Assembly: GCA_963740355.1 (NCBI GenBank)
Contig: CAVUDW010000002.1
Location: 256,001 to 320,000 of the forward strand
DNA length: 64,000 nucleotides
Direction of reading: 5' to 3'
Origin: an uncultured Gemmatimonadaceae bacterium
GTDB lineage: Bacteria > Gemmatimonadota > Gemmatimonadetes > Gemmatimonadales > Gemmatimonadaceae
Position 1 is the stretch's first letter; each line of letters starts with the position of its first letter. The notes beneath the pieces were generated by a model. It searched no databases. It worked only from the letters and a program-made list of their open reading frames with translations, and was not told the origin of the DNA. Shown one piece after another: positions 29,501-48,465 of this stretch. The translations under genes were made by a program, and so were the position numbers.

Positions 29501-32500
29501 GTGCTCGACGGCACGCGTGCGATTCATGATCTCGTGATTGCCGAACCCCTTGTGGTCGGTGATGATGAGGCGCGGCGCGTGCAGACGGTCATTCGCTTCC
29601 GTGATGACGGTGTGTCGACGTTCGAGATCGTATCGATCGACGCGGCAGCCGACGACGATGAGTGGCATGTGCACGCGAAGGGCACCTTGCCGGCACTGTC
29701 GCAGGTCGCACCAGCAGTGCCAGCTCAGTCGTCGACATTTGATGCGCGTATCGACGGGGCGACGCACATCGATCAGTTGGCGGCCCGTGGCCTGGTGTTC
29801 GGGTCGAGCCTGCATGGCGTGCGGCAGATCGATCGTGTGGACGGCGCCGCGGTCGGCGTCATCACGCAGCCGATCGACGTCGAACACGACGAGTCGCATT
29901 ACCTGCTCCCACCCGCACTGCTCGACGCCTGTCTGCAGGTGATCGCGTCAGCGATTCCCGACGGCGCAAGCCGGAATGTGCCGTACCTGCCGCTGATCAT
30001 CGAACGGATCCACGTGTACCGCACGCCCGACGCCTCGGTGCGGAGCTTTGCGTTCGTCAACGAGCCAGCCGTACGACCCGCGGAGACGCTGACGGGTCGC
30101 ATCGTGATCGTCGACGCACTCGGCGTGGCAGCAGAGTTGGAGGGTGTCACGCTGCGCGCCGCGGCGGACGACAGTAGTGCGGTCGCGAAGGACCTGTACA
30201 CGGTGACATGGGAACGTCTCGACGAGCAGGCGCCGTGGACACCGACGACGACGCAGTTGGCACATACCGTCGGGCCGAAAGCTCGACGCGCTCGCCGTCG
30301 AACACGACTTCGCGTCGTACTTCCGTGCCTATGCGGCACTCGAGACGCTATCGACGAACTGGATCGTGCTGGCGCTGCGTGAACTGGGCTGGGCTCCACG
30401 ACCGGTGATACCGTGCGCGCCGCCGATCTTGGCGTCACCCTTGGCGTGTTGCCACGATACCATCGCCTGCTGCATCGCCTGCTCGAGATCCTTCACGAGG
30501 ATGCCATCGTGCGTCGCGAGGGCGATTCGTTCGTGGTGATCGAACTGCCAGCGGCGGACCTGTCATCGACGATCCCTCCGGCCGCGGCTGTCTTCGGGCC
30601 GTCCTCTGCACGCCTCGAAATCACGCAGCGGTGCGGCGATGTGTTCGCTGACATCCTGCGCGGTGACGTCGATCCGTTGCAGCAGCTGTTCCCGAATGGT
30701 TCGTCCACCCTCGCGGAGTCTCTGTATCGCGACACGCCGGAGGCGAAGGGATTCAATCAGCTCGTGCGCGAGACGGTGCGCGAAGTGGCGTCGTGTCTGC
30801 CTGCTGATCGCACGCTGCGCATCCTCGAGGTGGGCGGTGGCACCGGTGGCACGACCGCCTGGGTGTCACCGATCCTCGACGCTGCACGCACCGAGTACCT
30901 GTTCACCGACCTCGGGCCGCTGCTGGTCGAGCGCGCGCGTGAACGGTTTGGGCCGGCGAACCCGTACATGCAATTCGCGACAGTTCGATCTCGAGCGTGA
31001 TCCATCGTCGCAGGCACCGGGTGGCAAGCAGTTCGATGTGATCCTGGCGTCGAACGTGATTCATGCCACCGCCGACCTTCGGCAGACGCTGCGTCACCTT
31101 CGCGGCCTGCTGGCCCCCGGCGGCGTGCTGCTGATGCTGGAAGTCGCGGATCGCGAGCGCTGGATCGACCTCACCTTCGGCTTGACCGATGGCTGGTGGC
31201 GATTCGTCGATACCGATCTGCGTGCCGAGTACCCTCTGCTGTCGCGCGACGAGTGGATCGCCCTGCTGGCATCGGAAGGGTTCGAAGCGGAACCGGTGAA
31301 CGCGCCGCATCCGCATTCGCGCGAGGTATTGCTGGCGGCACGGAAGCCTGCGCAGGAGAAGTGTGCCGGCGGGTCAATCGTGGTTGGTGCTGGCGGACGC
31401 CGGTGGTGTGGGTGATGCCCTTGCCACGCGCCTTCGTGAAGACGGACAGCAGGTGCAGGTCGTTCATGCGCGCTGCCGCCGCAGAGGTGCAGCAGTCGAT
31501 CGCCGAACATGCGGCAGCAGCGGTTGGCATCGTGCACCTCTGGAGCCTCGATGTACCGCCGGCCGACGAGCGTGACGCGACCTCGCTGCTTTCGGCGCAG
31601 GAGACCAGCCTCGGTTCCATCCTGACCGTCGTGCAGGCGCTTGGACGCATGTCGTTCGCCAGTGACGCGGCGCCGCGACTGTTCATCACCACGCGCGGCG
31701 CAACGGCGGCTGGTGCGACTGCACCGGTGGAGTTGTCGCAAGCCGCAGTCTGGGGCTTGGGGATGGGTGTGGCGCAGGAGCATCCGGAGTTGCGTCCGAC
31801 GAGAATCGATCTCGACGCGACAGCCACCGTCGAGTCGCAGGTGGCATCGCTGCTCGGTTGCCTGACGTTGCCGCCTGAGGACGACCAGTACGCAGTGCGC
31901 GGCGCGTCACGATATGTGCCGCGGATCACACCGTACGTCGCGCCGGCCGTGGCATCACCGGCGGGCACGTTGCAGCGTCTCGAGCGCTCGGCGAGTGGCG
32001 TGTTCGAGGATCTGTCGCTGGTCACCTTGCCGCGTGTGGCACCGGCCCCTAACCGCGTGGAGATCGAGATCCACGCGGCCGGACTCAATTTCCGCGACGT
32101 GATGAACGCCGTGGCGATGCGTGACGACGACGAACCGCTGGGCGGTGAATGCGCCGGCCGCGTGGTGGCCGTGGGCGAAGGCGTCACGGAATTTGCCGTC
32201 GGGGATGCCGTGGTGGCGATCGCCGAGGCGGCGTTCAGCACGTTTGCCACGGCTGATGCGGGGCATGTTGCGCCATTGCCGAGTGGGCTGAGTTTTGCCG
32301 AAGCGGCAACGCTGCCGTTCGCCTTCATGACCGCCCATCACGCATTGTACGGGTGCGCGAAGTTGCAACGCGGCGAGACGGTCTTGATTCATGCGGCGGC
32401 GGGTGGCGTCGGACTCGCTGCGGTCCAGCTGGTGCAGTCGGCCGGCGGCGACATCATCGCCACGGCCGGCAGTGAGAGCAAGCGCGCGTTCCTGCGTCAG

Positions 32501-34183
32501 CTTGGTGTGGAGCATGTCTTCGATTCCCGTTCGACTTCGTTTGCGGCTGATGTCATGCGTGTCACCGACAATCGGGGCGTCGATGTCGTGCTCAACTCGC
32601 TGGCGGGCGAATTCATTCCCGCCAGCGCGTCGTGCCTCACGCCAACCGGTCGATTCCTCGAGATCGGCAAGCGCGACATCTGGTCCGATGCCGACTTCAC
32701 GGCGGTGCGTCCGAACGGCGCCTACTTCGCGATCGATCTCGCCAGGGTTCGCCTCGAGTCGCCGGCCGAATCGCACGCGCTCTTCCGCGCCACGATTGCA
32801 GAAGCCGCAGCGGGGCGAATCCGTCCGCTGGCCTTGCGCGCCTTCCCGTTGCACCAGGCCGCCGCGGCGTTCCGCTTCATGGCGCAGGCGCGCCATATCG
32901 GCAAGATCGTGCTGGTGCCGGAGGGGGCCACACGCGGGGCGCTCGATCGCCTCGTCCCGGATGCGACCTACCTGATCACCGGCGGCCTGACCGGCATTGG
33001 TTTGCTGACCGCGACGCATCTGGTCGCACGCGGCGCCAGGCACTTGATGCTGGTCGGTCGCCGCGCGCCGAGTGATGCGGTCATGACCACCCTGGCAGCG
33101 ATGCGCGATGCCGGTGTCGAAGTGCGCACTGCGTCGGTGGATATGGGCAGCGCCGCGGATGTTGACCGGTTGCTGCGCGACGTCGCTGCCTCGATGCCGC
33201 CGCTGCGTGGCGTGATCCACTCCGCCGGTGCGCTCGACGACGGCGCATTGCTACAGCTCTCGTGGCCGCGCTTCGTGACGCCGTTGAAGGCCAAGATGGA
33301 TGGATCGTGGGCCCTGCACGTGCACACACGACACCAGCCGTTGGACTTCTTCATCATGTATTCGTCGGTGGCCTCGGTGCTGGGTTCGTCAGGACAGAGC
33401 AACCACAGTGCTGCCAACGCCTTCATGGATGCGCTGGCATTCCATCGCCGCGCCGAGGGGCTGCCTGCGACCAGCATCAGCTGGGGTGCGTGGAGCGAAA
33501 TTGGTGCGGCGGCGGATCGTCGCGTCGACCAGAGTGTGGCGGCGCTCGGCATCGGTGTGATCACGCCGACGGCCGGCCTGCAGATGCTCGATATGGTAAC
33601 ACGTGGCGATGCCGCACACGTGACGGCGCTGCCAGTGCAGTGGCTGCAGTTGCGCGCACATCGGCATCCGCGGAATGGCTCGCGGTATCTGGATCGGGTG
33701 GCACACGCGGCCGTGGTGGCGCCATCGGCACGCCCGCAGGCTGCCGCAGGGACGCAGCGCGGCGCGTCGGCAGTGGACCTCGACGCCCTGCGCGATGCGA
33801 CGCCAGCCCGTCGCCACGCGGCGATGCTGGCGTTCGCCGGTGACCACGTGGCACGCGTGCTCAGTGCACCGTCGGCACAATCCATCGACGTCGACCAGCC
33901 GCTCAATGAGCTGGGCCTCGATTCACTGATGGCCGTCGAGCTTCGCAATCGACTCAGCCGCGGGTTGCAGCTCGAACGCAGCCTGCCTGCCACGCTCGTG
34001 TTCGATCATCCAACGCTGGATGCCATCGCTCGTTTCCTCGTCGATACCGTATTGCCCGGTGGCGTGGACGCGGATGTGCCAGCACCAGCCGTCGCCGTGC
34101 CCACCGACGCCGTCGGTGCCATCGATGACCTTACTGACGAACAGATCGACGCCATGTTCGCCAACCGCATGCGCAACTCATAG
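26544..34183 (+). CDS. PKS module M4: KS-AT(malonyl)-DH-MT-ER-KR-ACP, broken by about 10 frameshifts between 28400 and 31480 (sequencing error or pseudogene)
   Basis: Motifs run collinearly across frames: [40 protein letters not shown] and [33 protein letters not shown]. Confidence 0.85.
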
Positions 34184-40898
<6,715 letters not shown>

Positions 40899-40902
<4 letters not shown>

Positions 40903-43900
40903 CCGAACCGCAGCAACCCGACTACCGCGCCCTCCTCAAGCGATCCCTCGTTGCCATCGACAAGCTCGAAGGCAAGCTGGCGGCGATCGAGAGTGCGAAA
41001 GCCGAGCCGATTGCGGTCGTGGGCATGGCCTGTCGCTTTCCCGGTTCGTCCAACGACCTCGCGAGTTTCTGGAAGCTGCTGCACACCGGCACCGATGCGG
41101 TGACGGTGGTCCCGGCACATCGTTGGGACGCCGAGGCGTCGTACGATACTGATCCCGATGTGGTGGCGAAGAGCTACACCAAGTGGGGCGCGTTCATCGA
41201 CGAAGTCGAGACTTTCGATGCCTCGTTCTTCGGCATCTCACCGCGCGAGGCCGTCTCACTCGATCCGCAGCAGCGGCTGCTGCTCGAGGTCACGTGGGAG
41301 TCGCTGGAGCATGCAGGCATCGCGCCGTCGTCGATTGCGGGGACGCGCGCGGGCATCTTCGTCGGTATCTCGACGCTCGACTACGCCAACATGATCGGCG
41401 AGCATGTGGGCCTGAGGAACGGTGATGCGTACTCCGCCTCGGGATCCGCGCACAGCATCGCATCAGGACGCCTCTCGTATTTCCTCGGGGTCCATGGCCC
41501 GAATTACGTCGTCGACACGGCCTGTTCCTCATCGATCGTCGCAATCCACAATGCGATCATCTCGCTTCGCAACGGCGAGACGGGGCTGGCGATTGCGGGT
41601 GGCGTGAGCCTCACGTTGTCCGACGTCGGCTCGATCCTGACGTCGCGCGCCCGAATGATGTCGTTCGACGGCCATTGCAAGACCTTCGACGAGTCGGCTG
41701 ACGGCTATGTGCGCGGCGAAGGCTGTGGCATGGTGGTGCTGAAGCGTCTCAGCGACGCGGAACGCGACGGCGATCGAATCCTTGCCGTGCTCCGAGGCTC
41801 CGCCATCAACCAGGATGGGCGGAGCAGCGGGCTGACCGCGCCGAACGGCACCGCGCAGGAAGCCGTCATCCGTGATGCGCTGAGCAATGCCCGCCTGTCC
41901 CCGAAAGACATCAGCGTCATCGAGGCACACGGCACCGGTACGCCCCTTGGTGATCCAATCGAGATGAAGGCGCTCGGTGCCGTGTTCGGCGACCGGTCGA
42001 CGGACAAGGCGTTGCTCGTGGGTTCCGTGAAGACGAACATCGGCCACCTCGAAGCCGCGTCCGGCGTGGCAGGCCTGATCAAGGTGATCCTTGCGATGCG
42101 CGCCGGCGTGGTGCCGCCGCACCTGCACTTCAAGAACCCCAATCACCTGATTCCATGGGATGCCCTGCCGGTGCGTGTGCCGACGGCACCGACCGAGTGG
42201 GTCACGGAACCTGGCGTGCCACGCCGCGCCGGCGTCAGTTCGTTCGGCTTCAGCGGCACGAACTCACACCTCATCGTCGAGGAGGCGCCGGCCCCGAAGC
42301 TTGGCGCGCAAGTCGGACGCATCGCCAGGCCGCAACTGCTCGTCCTCTCGGCGCAGACGACGACCGCGCTTCGCCAGCAGGCCGAGCGATACGCGGCGTT
42401 CCTGCAGCTTGCGCAGGGTGTCGAGCTTGGCGACATCGCGTTCACGGCCGCGACCTGTCGCTCACACCTCCCCGAGCGCCTGACGCTGGTGGCTGAGGGC
42501 GCGGACAGCGCGGCCGACCAGTTGTCGCGCTTCGTGGCCGATGAAGAGGTGCCGGGCCTGGCCGTTGGTCGATTCACCTCCGGTACGGCGCCGGAGATCG
42601 GCTTCCTCTTCTCCGGTCAGGGCGCGCAGTATCCGGGCATGTCGCGCGAGCTCTACGAGACGGAACCCGTCTTCCGCGCGGCATTGGATGCGTGCGCCAC
42701 GATCGCCGACGGCCTGCTGCCGTCACCGCTGATTCCCGTCATCCTCGGTGATGAGGGTGTGCGTGAACTCCTCGACGACACGGCCTTCACGCAGCCTGCA
42801 TTGTTCGCGGTGGAATACGCACTGGCGCAACTCTGGAAGTCGTGGGGCGTCGAGCCTGCGATCGTGATGGGGCACAGCGTTGGCGAATACGTCGCGGCGT
42901 GCCTCGCCGGTGTCTTCTCGCTCGAGGATGGCCTGCGACTGATCGCAGCGCGTGGTCGCCTGATGAGCGTACTGCCGCGTGACGGCTCGATGGTGGCGGT
43001 GTTTGCCTCACGCGAGCGCGTAGCGTCGGCACTGCGTGGCCATGAGGCGGATGTGGACATCGGTGCCGTCAATGGCCCGACCAACACCGTCATCTCTGGT
43101 CGGACACACGCCGTCGATGCGATCCTCAACACGCTGGCCGCTGAAGGCATCGAGTTCGCACGGCTCAACGTGTCGCACGCGTTCCACTCGCCGCTGATGG
43201 ATCCGATGCTCGACGAGTTCGAGCGTATCGCGTCCACTGTCACCTACGCCGCGCCTTCCATCGGGCTCGTCTCGAACGTGACCGGCCGCATGGCGGGTGC
43301 CGAGGTGGCCACGGCTGCGTACTGGCGGCAGCATGTGCGCGCTGCGGTGCAGTTCACCGATTCCATCGCCACGCTGCACGCGGAGAACATCCACACCTTC
43401 CTCGAGATCGGCCCATCGCCGGTATTGGTGGGCATGGGGCAGCGGTGCGACGGTGCAGAGCAGTCCAGCTGGTTGCCGTCACTGAAGAAGGGTCGCAGTG
43501 ATCGCGCGTCGATGCTCGAAAGTGTCGGTCGACTGCATGTTGGCGGGCAGCCGATTGCCTGGAGTGCCGTCTGCGACGCCGGTGCACGTCGCGTGGACCT
43601 GCCGACGTATCCCTTCCAGCGTGAGCGCTACTGGTTCGACTCGATGTACCGGCCGCCCGTACAGCAAGCCGTGTCCGGCCGTTCCACTGGGCATCCGCTG
43701 CTCGGTGACCGGATTGCGAGCCCGATGCGGCTGTACCAGACGGCGCTCTCGATCGCGACCACCCCCTGGCTCTCCGATCACCGCATCTACGAATCTCCGC
43801 TCTTTCCCGTCACCGGCTTCCTCGAACTGGCGATGGCTGCGGGCCGTCATGCCATTGGCACCGATGATGTGGCGCTCTCCAACGTCTCGCTGCGCGAAGG

Positions 43901-46900
43901 GCTGACCATTCCCGAACCCGGCGCCGTGACGATGCAGGTGATCGTCACACCGCACGACGATGGGACGCAGCAGGTGCAGGTGTTCAGTGATACCGCCGAC
44001 GATGCGGATGGCGCGGGCGAGACGGAGTGGCGGTTGCACCTCTCGGCGACTGTCGCGCGTTCCTCCGTCGCGGCACCACCGGCGGGTCTGCGAGCCCTGC
44101 CGAGCGAAGGCCGCAGCGAGCGTGATGTGCCGGAGTACTACAAGAAGTTGCACGAGCAGGGTGCCTACTACGGTCCTGCCTTCCGCGGAATCACGTCGAT
44201 TGCGCGCAGCGCTGATCAGGTGCTCGGTCACGTGCGCCTGCCTGACGAAAGTGCGACGGACAGCGAGAAGTATTTCGTGCACCCGGCATTGCTCGATTCG
44301 TGTGTGCAGCTGATCGGTGTGGGCCTGCCGTGGGCTGATGATCCGCGCTCGACCGACGATATCTGTGTGCCGGTGGGCCTCGCCTCGTACCATGTCTATC
44401 GGCCCGCGGTCACCGACATCTGGTGTCATGTGGAGTCGGTCCGTCCGAACGCCAGCAACAGCAGCATCACCAGTGACTTCGTGCTCACCGATGTGAATGG
44501 TGAGATCGTGGCGCGCGTCGAGGCGCTGGAGATGCATCGCGTGACGCGGGCAGCGATGCAGAAGGTGAACGACAAGCCGGTCAAGCCTGACTGGATGCTG
44601 GAAGTGGAGTGGCAGGCGTCACCGATGGAGACGGCTGCAATTCCTGCGTCAGGCAAATGGCTGGTGGTGACGGATGGCGGCACGCTGGCTGGCAGCCTCG
44701 CCACACAGCTGGGGGCAAAGGGAGCGTCGGTGTTCGTCGCGTCGCATGCGACGGAGTTCGCCGCCACGGCGGCCGGCTGGTCGATCGACGTCACCGATGC
44801 CTCACACTACAAGCGGCTGTTCGCCGAGGCGTCGACGCGCGATGCAGCGCCATGGCAGGGTGTCGTGTCGATGGTCGGTGCACATCCTGTGCTGGTCACG
44901 GATGACAATGAGACGCTGCACCGCGCGCACACGCTGCGCATCGCGGCGCTGCTGGCGATGTTGCCGGCCGTCGTCGAGGCTGGCGCGCGCTTCTCGATCG
45001 TCACCCATGGTACGCAGGCTGTGGGTGATGTGGTGCCCGATCTCGCCGATGCCCCGATCTGGGGCCTCGCGAACGTGGTGGCGTCGGAATATCCGGCGCT
45101 GCGCGTGACGCGAATCGACATGGACACTGCGCCTCGCAAGGATGACGCGGAGCTGCTGGCGGCTGCCCTGACAATCGGCGACAGTGAGGACCGCGTGGCA
45201 CTGCGCGGCGGGCAACGCTACGTGGCGCGTCTGGCGCAGGGCGTGTTGCGCTCCGTCGACGCCATGCCGCCGCGACGGCTCGAGATCATGGAGCGCGGAA
45301 TCCTCGAGAACCTGCAGCTCAACGTCGTGCCGCGTGAAGCGCCTGGCGTGGGCGAAGTAGAGATCCGTGTCTACGCCACGGGCCTCAACTTCCGCGACGT
45401 GCTCAACGCGCTCGGCATGTACCCTGGTGATCCGGGACCACTCGGAAACGAATGCTCGGGTGTGATCACGGCCGTCGGTGAGGGCGTGGACGATCTGTTC
45501 GTTGGTGATGAAGTGGTGACGATGATCGATCGCAGCTTCGCCACGTATGTACTCGCCCCCGCGATGCAGACCGTGCGCAAGCCAGCGAACCTGAGCTTCG
45601 TGGAGGCGGCGACGATTCCCGTCACCTTCCTCACGGCGGAGTACGCGCTCAGTCATCTCGCGGGCATGAAGGCCGGCGACAAGGTGCTGATCCACGCAGC
45701 GACTGGTGGTGTCGGCATGGCGGCCATTCAGCTGGCGCGTCGCGCCGGCGCCGAGATCTTCGGCACCGCGGGTTCACCGGCCAAGCGCGCCATGGCGCAG
45801 GCGCTCGGCTGTCATCACCTGTCGGACTCGCGCTCGCTGGTGTTCGCCGATGATTTCGATCGCATCACCAACGGTGATGGCGTCGACATCGTGCTCAACT
45901 CACTGGCCGGTGATTTCATCCCGACCAGCCTGCGCCTGCTGAAGCGCGGCGGCCACTTCATCGAGATCGGCAAGACCGGCATCTGGGACAAGGAGACTGT
46001 CGCACAGTCGTTCCCGGGCGTGAGTTATCACCCGCTCTACCTTGGCGAGGTGACGGCGGCCGAACCGCAGTTCATGCGCACCATGTTGCAGCGGTTGATG
46101 GACGATTTCGAGAGTGGTGCGCTCACGCCACTTCCGCAGCGCGTCTATCCGCTGGAGCGTGCCGAAGAAGCGTTCCGCTTCATGGGCCAGGGCCTGCACA
46201 CCGGCAAGATCGTGATCACGCAGCACCGGACGCCCGAAGTCCGTGACGACGCCAGCTACCTGATCACCGGTGGGCTGGGTGGCCTCGGCATCGCCTGCGC
46301 ACAGTGGCTGGCCGGGCTTGGCGCACGCAGCCTTGTACTGCTCGGTCGCCGTGCCCCGACACCTGAGGTGGAACGACAGCTGGCGGAGTTGCGTGCCAGC
46401 GGCGTGACCGTCACGGTGGCTTCATGCGACATCGCAAACGAGCGCGAAATCGCCGAGGTGCTGGAGCTGGTCCGCACGGCATTGCCACCGCTGCGCGGCA
46501 TCCTGCACGCGGCCGGTGTTGTGGACGACGGCATGTTGCCGGAACAGACGGTGGCGCGCTTCGAGCGCGTGATGGCGCCGAAGGTTCAAGGCACCTGGAA
46601 CCTGCATCAGCTCACGCGGTCGCTACCGATCGATTTCTTCGTGCTCTTCTCGTCGGGCGCCGCGTTGCTCGGGTCACCCGGGCAGGGCAACTACGCGGCC
46701 GCCAACAGCTTCATGGATGCCGTGGCCTACGTGCGAGGCGCGCAGGGTCGTCACGGCGTCAGCATCAACTGGGGAAGCTGGGCGGAAGTCGGCATGGCGG
46801 CTGAAGTCGGCGAGGCACATCGTCGCCGCTGGGCATCGCAGGGGCTTGGCATGATCGCGCCCGCCGACGGTGTTCGGATGCTGCAGGATATTCTGCAGCG

Positions 46901-47372
46901 TTCCACCGCACGCAACGTGGCGGCGTTGCCGCTCGACAAGGCTCGCCTGCCGCAAAACCTCGGCGTGTTCTTCGAGCGCTTGCTGGTGAAGGAGTCCAAG
47001 CAGGCCGCGCGCGGTAACACAGCGGGTGTCGACGTACTGCGACAGATCACCGACGCCACTCCCGAGGCACGTGAGGACATTCTCCGCGTTTTCCTCACCG
47101 AGCAGATCGTCCGTGTGCTGGCCCTCTCGTCGGCCAGTCGCGCACGTCCCGATCAGTCGCTGATGGACATCGGCATGGACTCGCTGACGGCGATGGAGCT
47201 TCGCAACCGTGTGCAGGGTGCGGTGAAGGTTCGCCTCTCGGTCGCCGACCTGCTGCAGGGACCGACGATCAATCAACTGACGACGATGATCCTCGGTGAA
47301 CTGGACTTCGGCACTGACGCCGTGGTCGCCGCCGTCGATGCAAGCGCCAGCTGGGAAGAAGGATCGTTGTGA
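40899..47372 (+). CDS. PKS module M6: KS-AT(malonyl)-DH-ER-KR-ACP with C-terminal WEEGSL motif
   Basis: Intact 2157-aa ORF: DTACSSS, GHSVG, HAFHS, DH HRIYESPLFP and HPALLD, ER HAATGGVG, KR VVDDG and FSS..YAAAN, ACP GMDSLT. No TE. Confidence 0.95.
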
Positions 47373-48286
47373 ACGACGGGGCGTTCGTCGACTCACGGGC
47401 CAAGAGTGTGTCGGGCCCTGATCGTCGGATTGCCATGTTGCTGATGGCCCTCTTCGCCGTGCTCTGGGCGGTGCTCGAGGACGAACTCGGTGTGCGGCTG
47501 CGACATCCCTACGATCTCACGGAGATCGTCTGGTTTCGATATGCCACGCACCTGCTGGTGGTTGGGTTGGTGTGGGGCGTCCGCCAACCCACGACCTTCT
47601 GGCGCACCTCACGCCTCGGACTGCAGCTCGGTCGATCAATCCTGATGCTGATCATGCCGGTGAGTTTTGCACTGGCGGTGATGCAGGGGGCGCCGGCGAG
47701 CGCGGTCTGGGCGGTGTTCTGGTCGGCACCGCTGATGATCGTGTGTTTTGCACGCGTGCTGTCGCCAGAGCGCGTTCCAGCCTGGGTCTGGGCCGTGACG
47801 ATCGCCGCCTCGCTTGGGGCGATCGCGATGGTTGGACCGCGCGGGCTGCCGGGTGGCATGGGCGCCGTCTGGCCAGTGCTGATGGCCGCGTCATTCGCGC
47901 TCTATGTCGTGCTGACGCGCACGCTGCGCACCGAGACGTTGTCAGCGAATCTCTTCTACACGGCCGTGGGTGTGATCATTCCGCTCAGCGTCTATGTGCC
48001 GCGCATCTGGGTCATGCCATCGCGGCATGACGCGGTGATCCTCTTCGGCATTGGGGCGCTTGGTTTTCTCGCGCTGCTGGCGCTCGATCGTGCCGCTGAG
48101 CGCGCCGAGGTGTCGCGTACGGCGGCCTTTCTCACGCTGCAGGTGGCCGCGGTGTTGTTCATCAACTGGTCGCGGCAGACGGCGCAGTTCTCGACAGTGA
48201 CGCTGGTTGGTGCGCTGCTGGTTGTGTCGAGTCTGACCGCGCTCTGGTTCGCCGGCACGCGCGTGAGACTGGCGGATCCCCGATAG
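47369..48286 (+). CDS. EamA/DMT-superfamily membrane transporter, possible product exporter
   Basis: 305 aa, about 10 hydrophobic segments, EIVWFRY and LQLGRS patterns typical of DMT permeases. GTGA overlap with M6. Confidence 0.8.
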   Translation: MNDGAFVDSRAKSVSGPDRRIAMLLMALFAVLWAVLEDELGVRLRHPYDLTEIVWFRYATHLLVVGLVWGVRQPTTFWRTSRLGLQLGRSILMLIMPVSFALAVMQGAPASAVWAVFWSAPLMIVCFARVLSPERVPAWVWAVTIAASLGAIAMVGPRGLPGGMGAVWPVLMAASFALYVVLTRTLRTETLSANLFYTAVGVIIPLSVYVPRIWVMPSRHDAVILFGIGALGFLALLALDRAAERAEVSRTAAFLTLQVAAVLFINWSRQTAQFSTVTLVGALLVVSSLTALWFAGTRVRLADPR

Positions 48287-48398
48287 CAGCCAGCTCCCTC
48301 CGGTTGTCCGCGCAAACGCTCGGCGACTGTGGTTGGTATATCAGACGTGCGGCCGAGCGAACCCTCGAGATGGTTGTCGCGCCTCGCACCGCCGAGCA

Positions 48399-48427
48399 TT
48401 GACGACAGGGTTAGTCGGTTATAGGCT
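48399..48427 (+). promoter_or_regulatory. Putative sigma70 promoter of the PepSY-TM gene
   Basis: TTGACG (48399-48404), 17 nt, TAGGCT (48422-48427), in an AT-richer intergenic patch. Confidence 0.55.
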
Positions 48428-48441
48428 CAGATGTCACTAGT

Positions 48442-48456
48442 TGAAAACACTTCTCA
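48442..48456. promoter_or_regulatory. Fur-like box (7-1-7)
   Basis: TGAAAAC-A-CTTCTCA versus the TGAnAAT-n-ATTnTCA consensus, between the promoter and the start codon of an iron-uptake-type gene. Confidence 0.55.
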
Positions 48457-48465
48457 TTTACTTCG

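Noticed and set aside
48317..48359. 8-bp inverted repeat CGCTCGGC/GCCGAGCG after the cluster as a terminator
   Set aside because: 27-nt loop, no U-tract, and likely by chance at this GC content.
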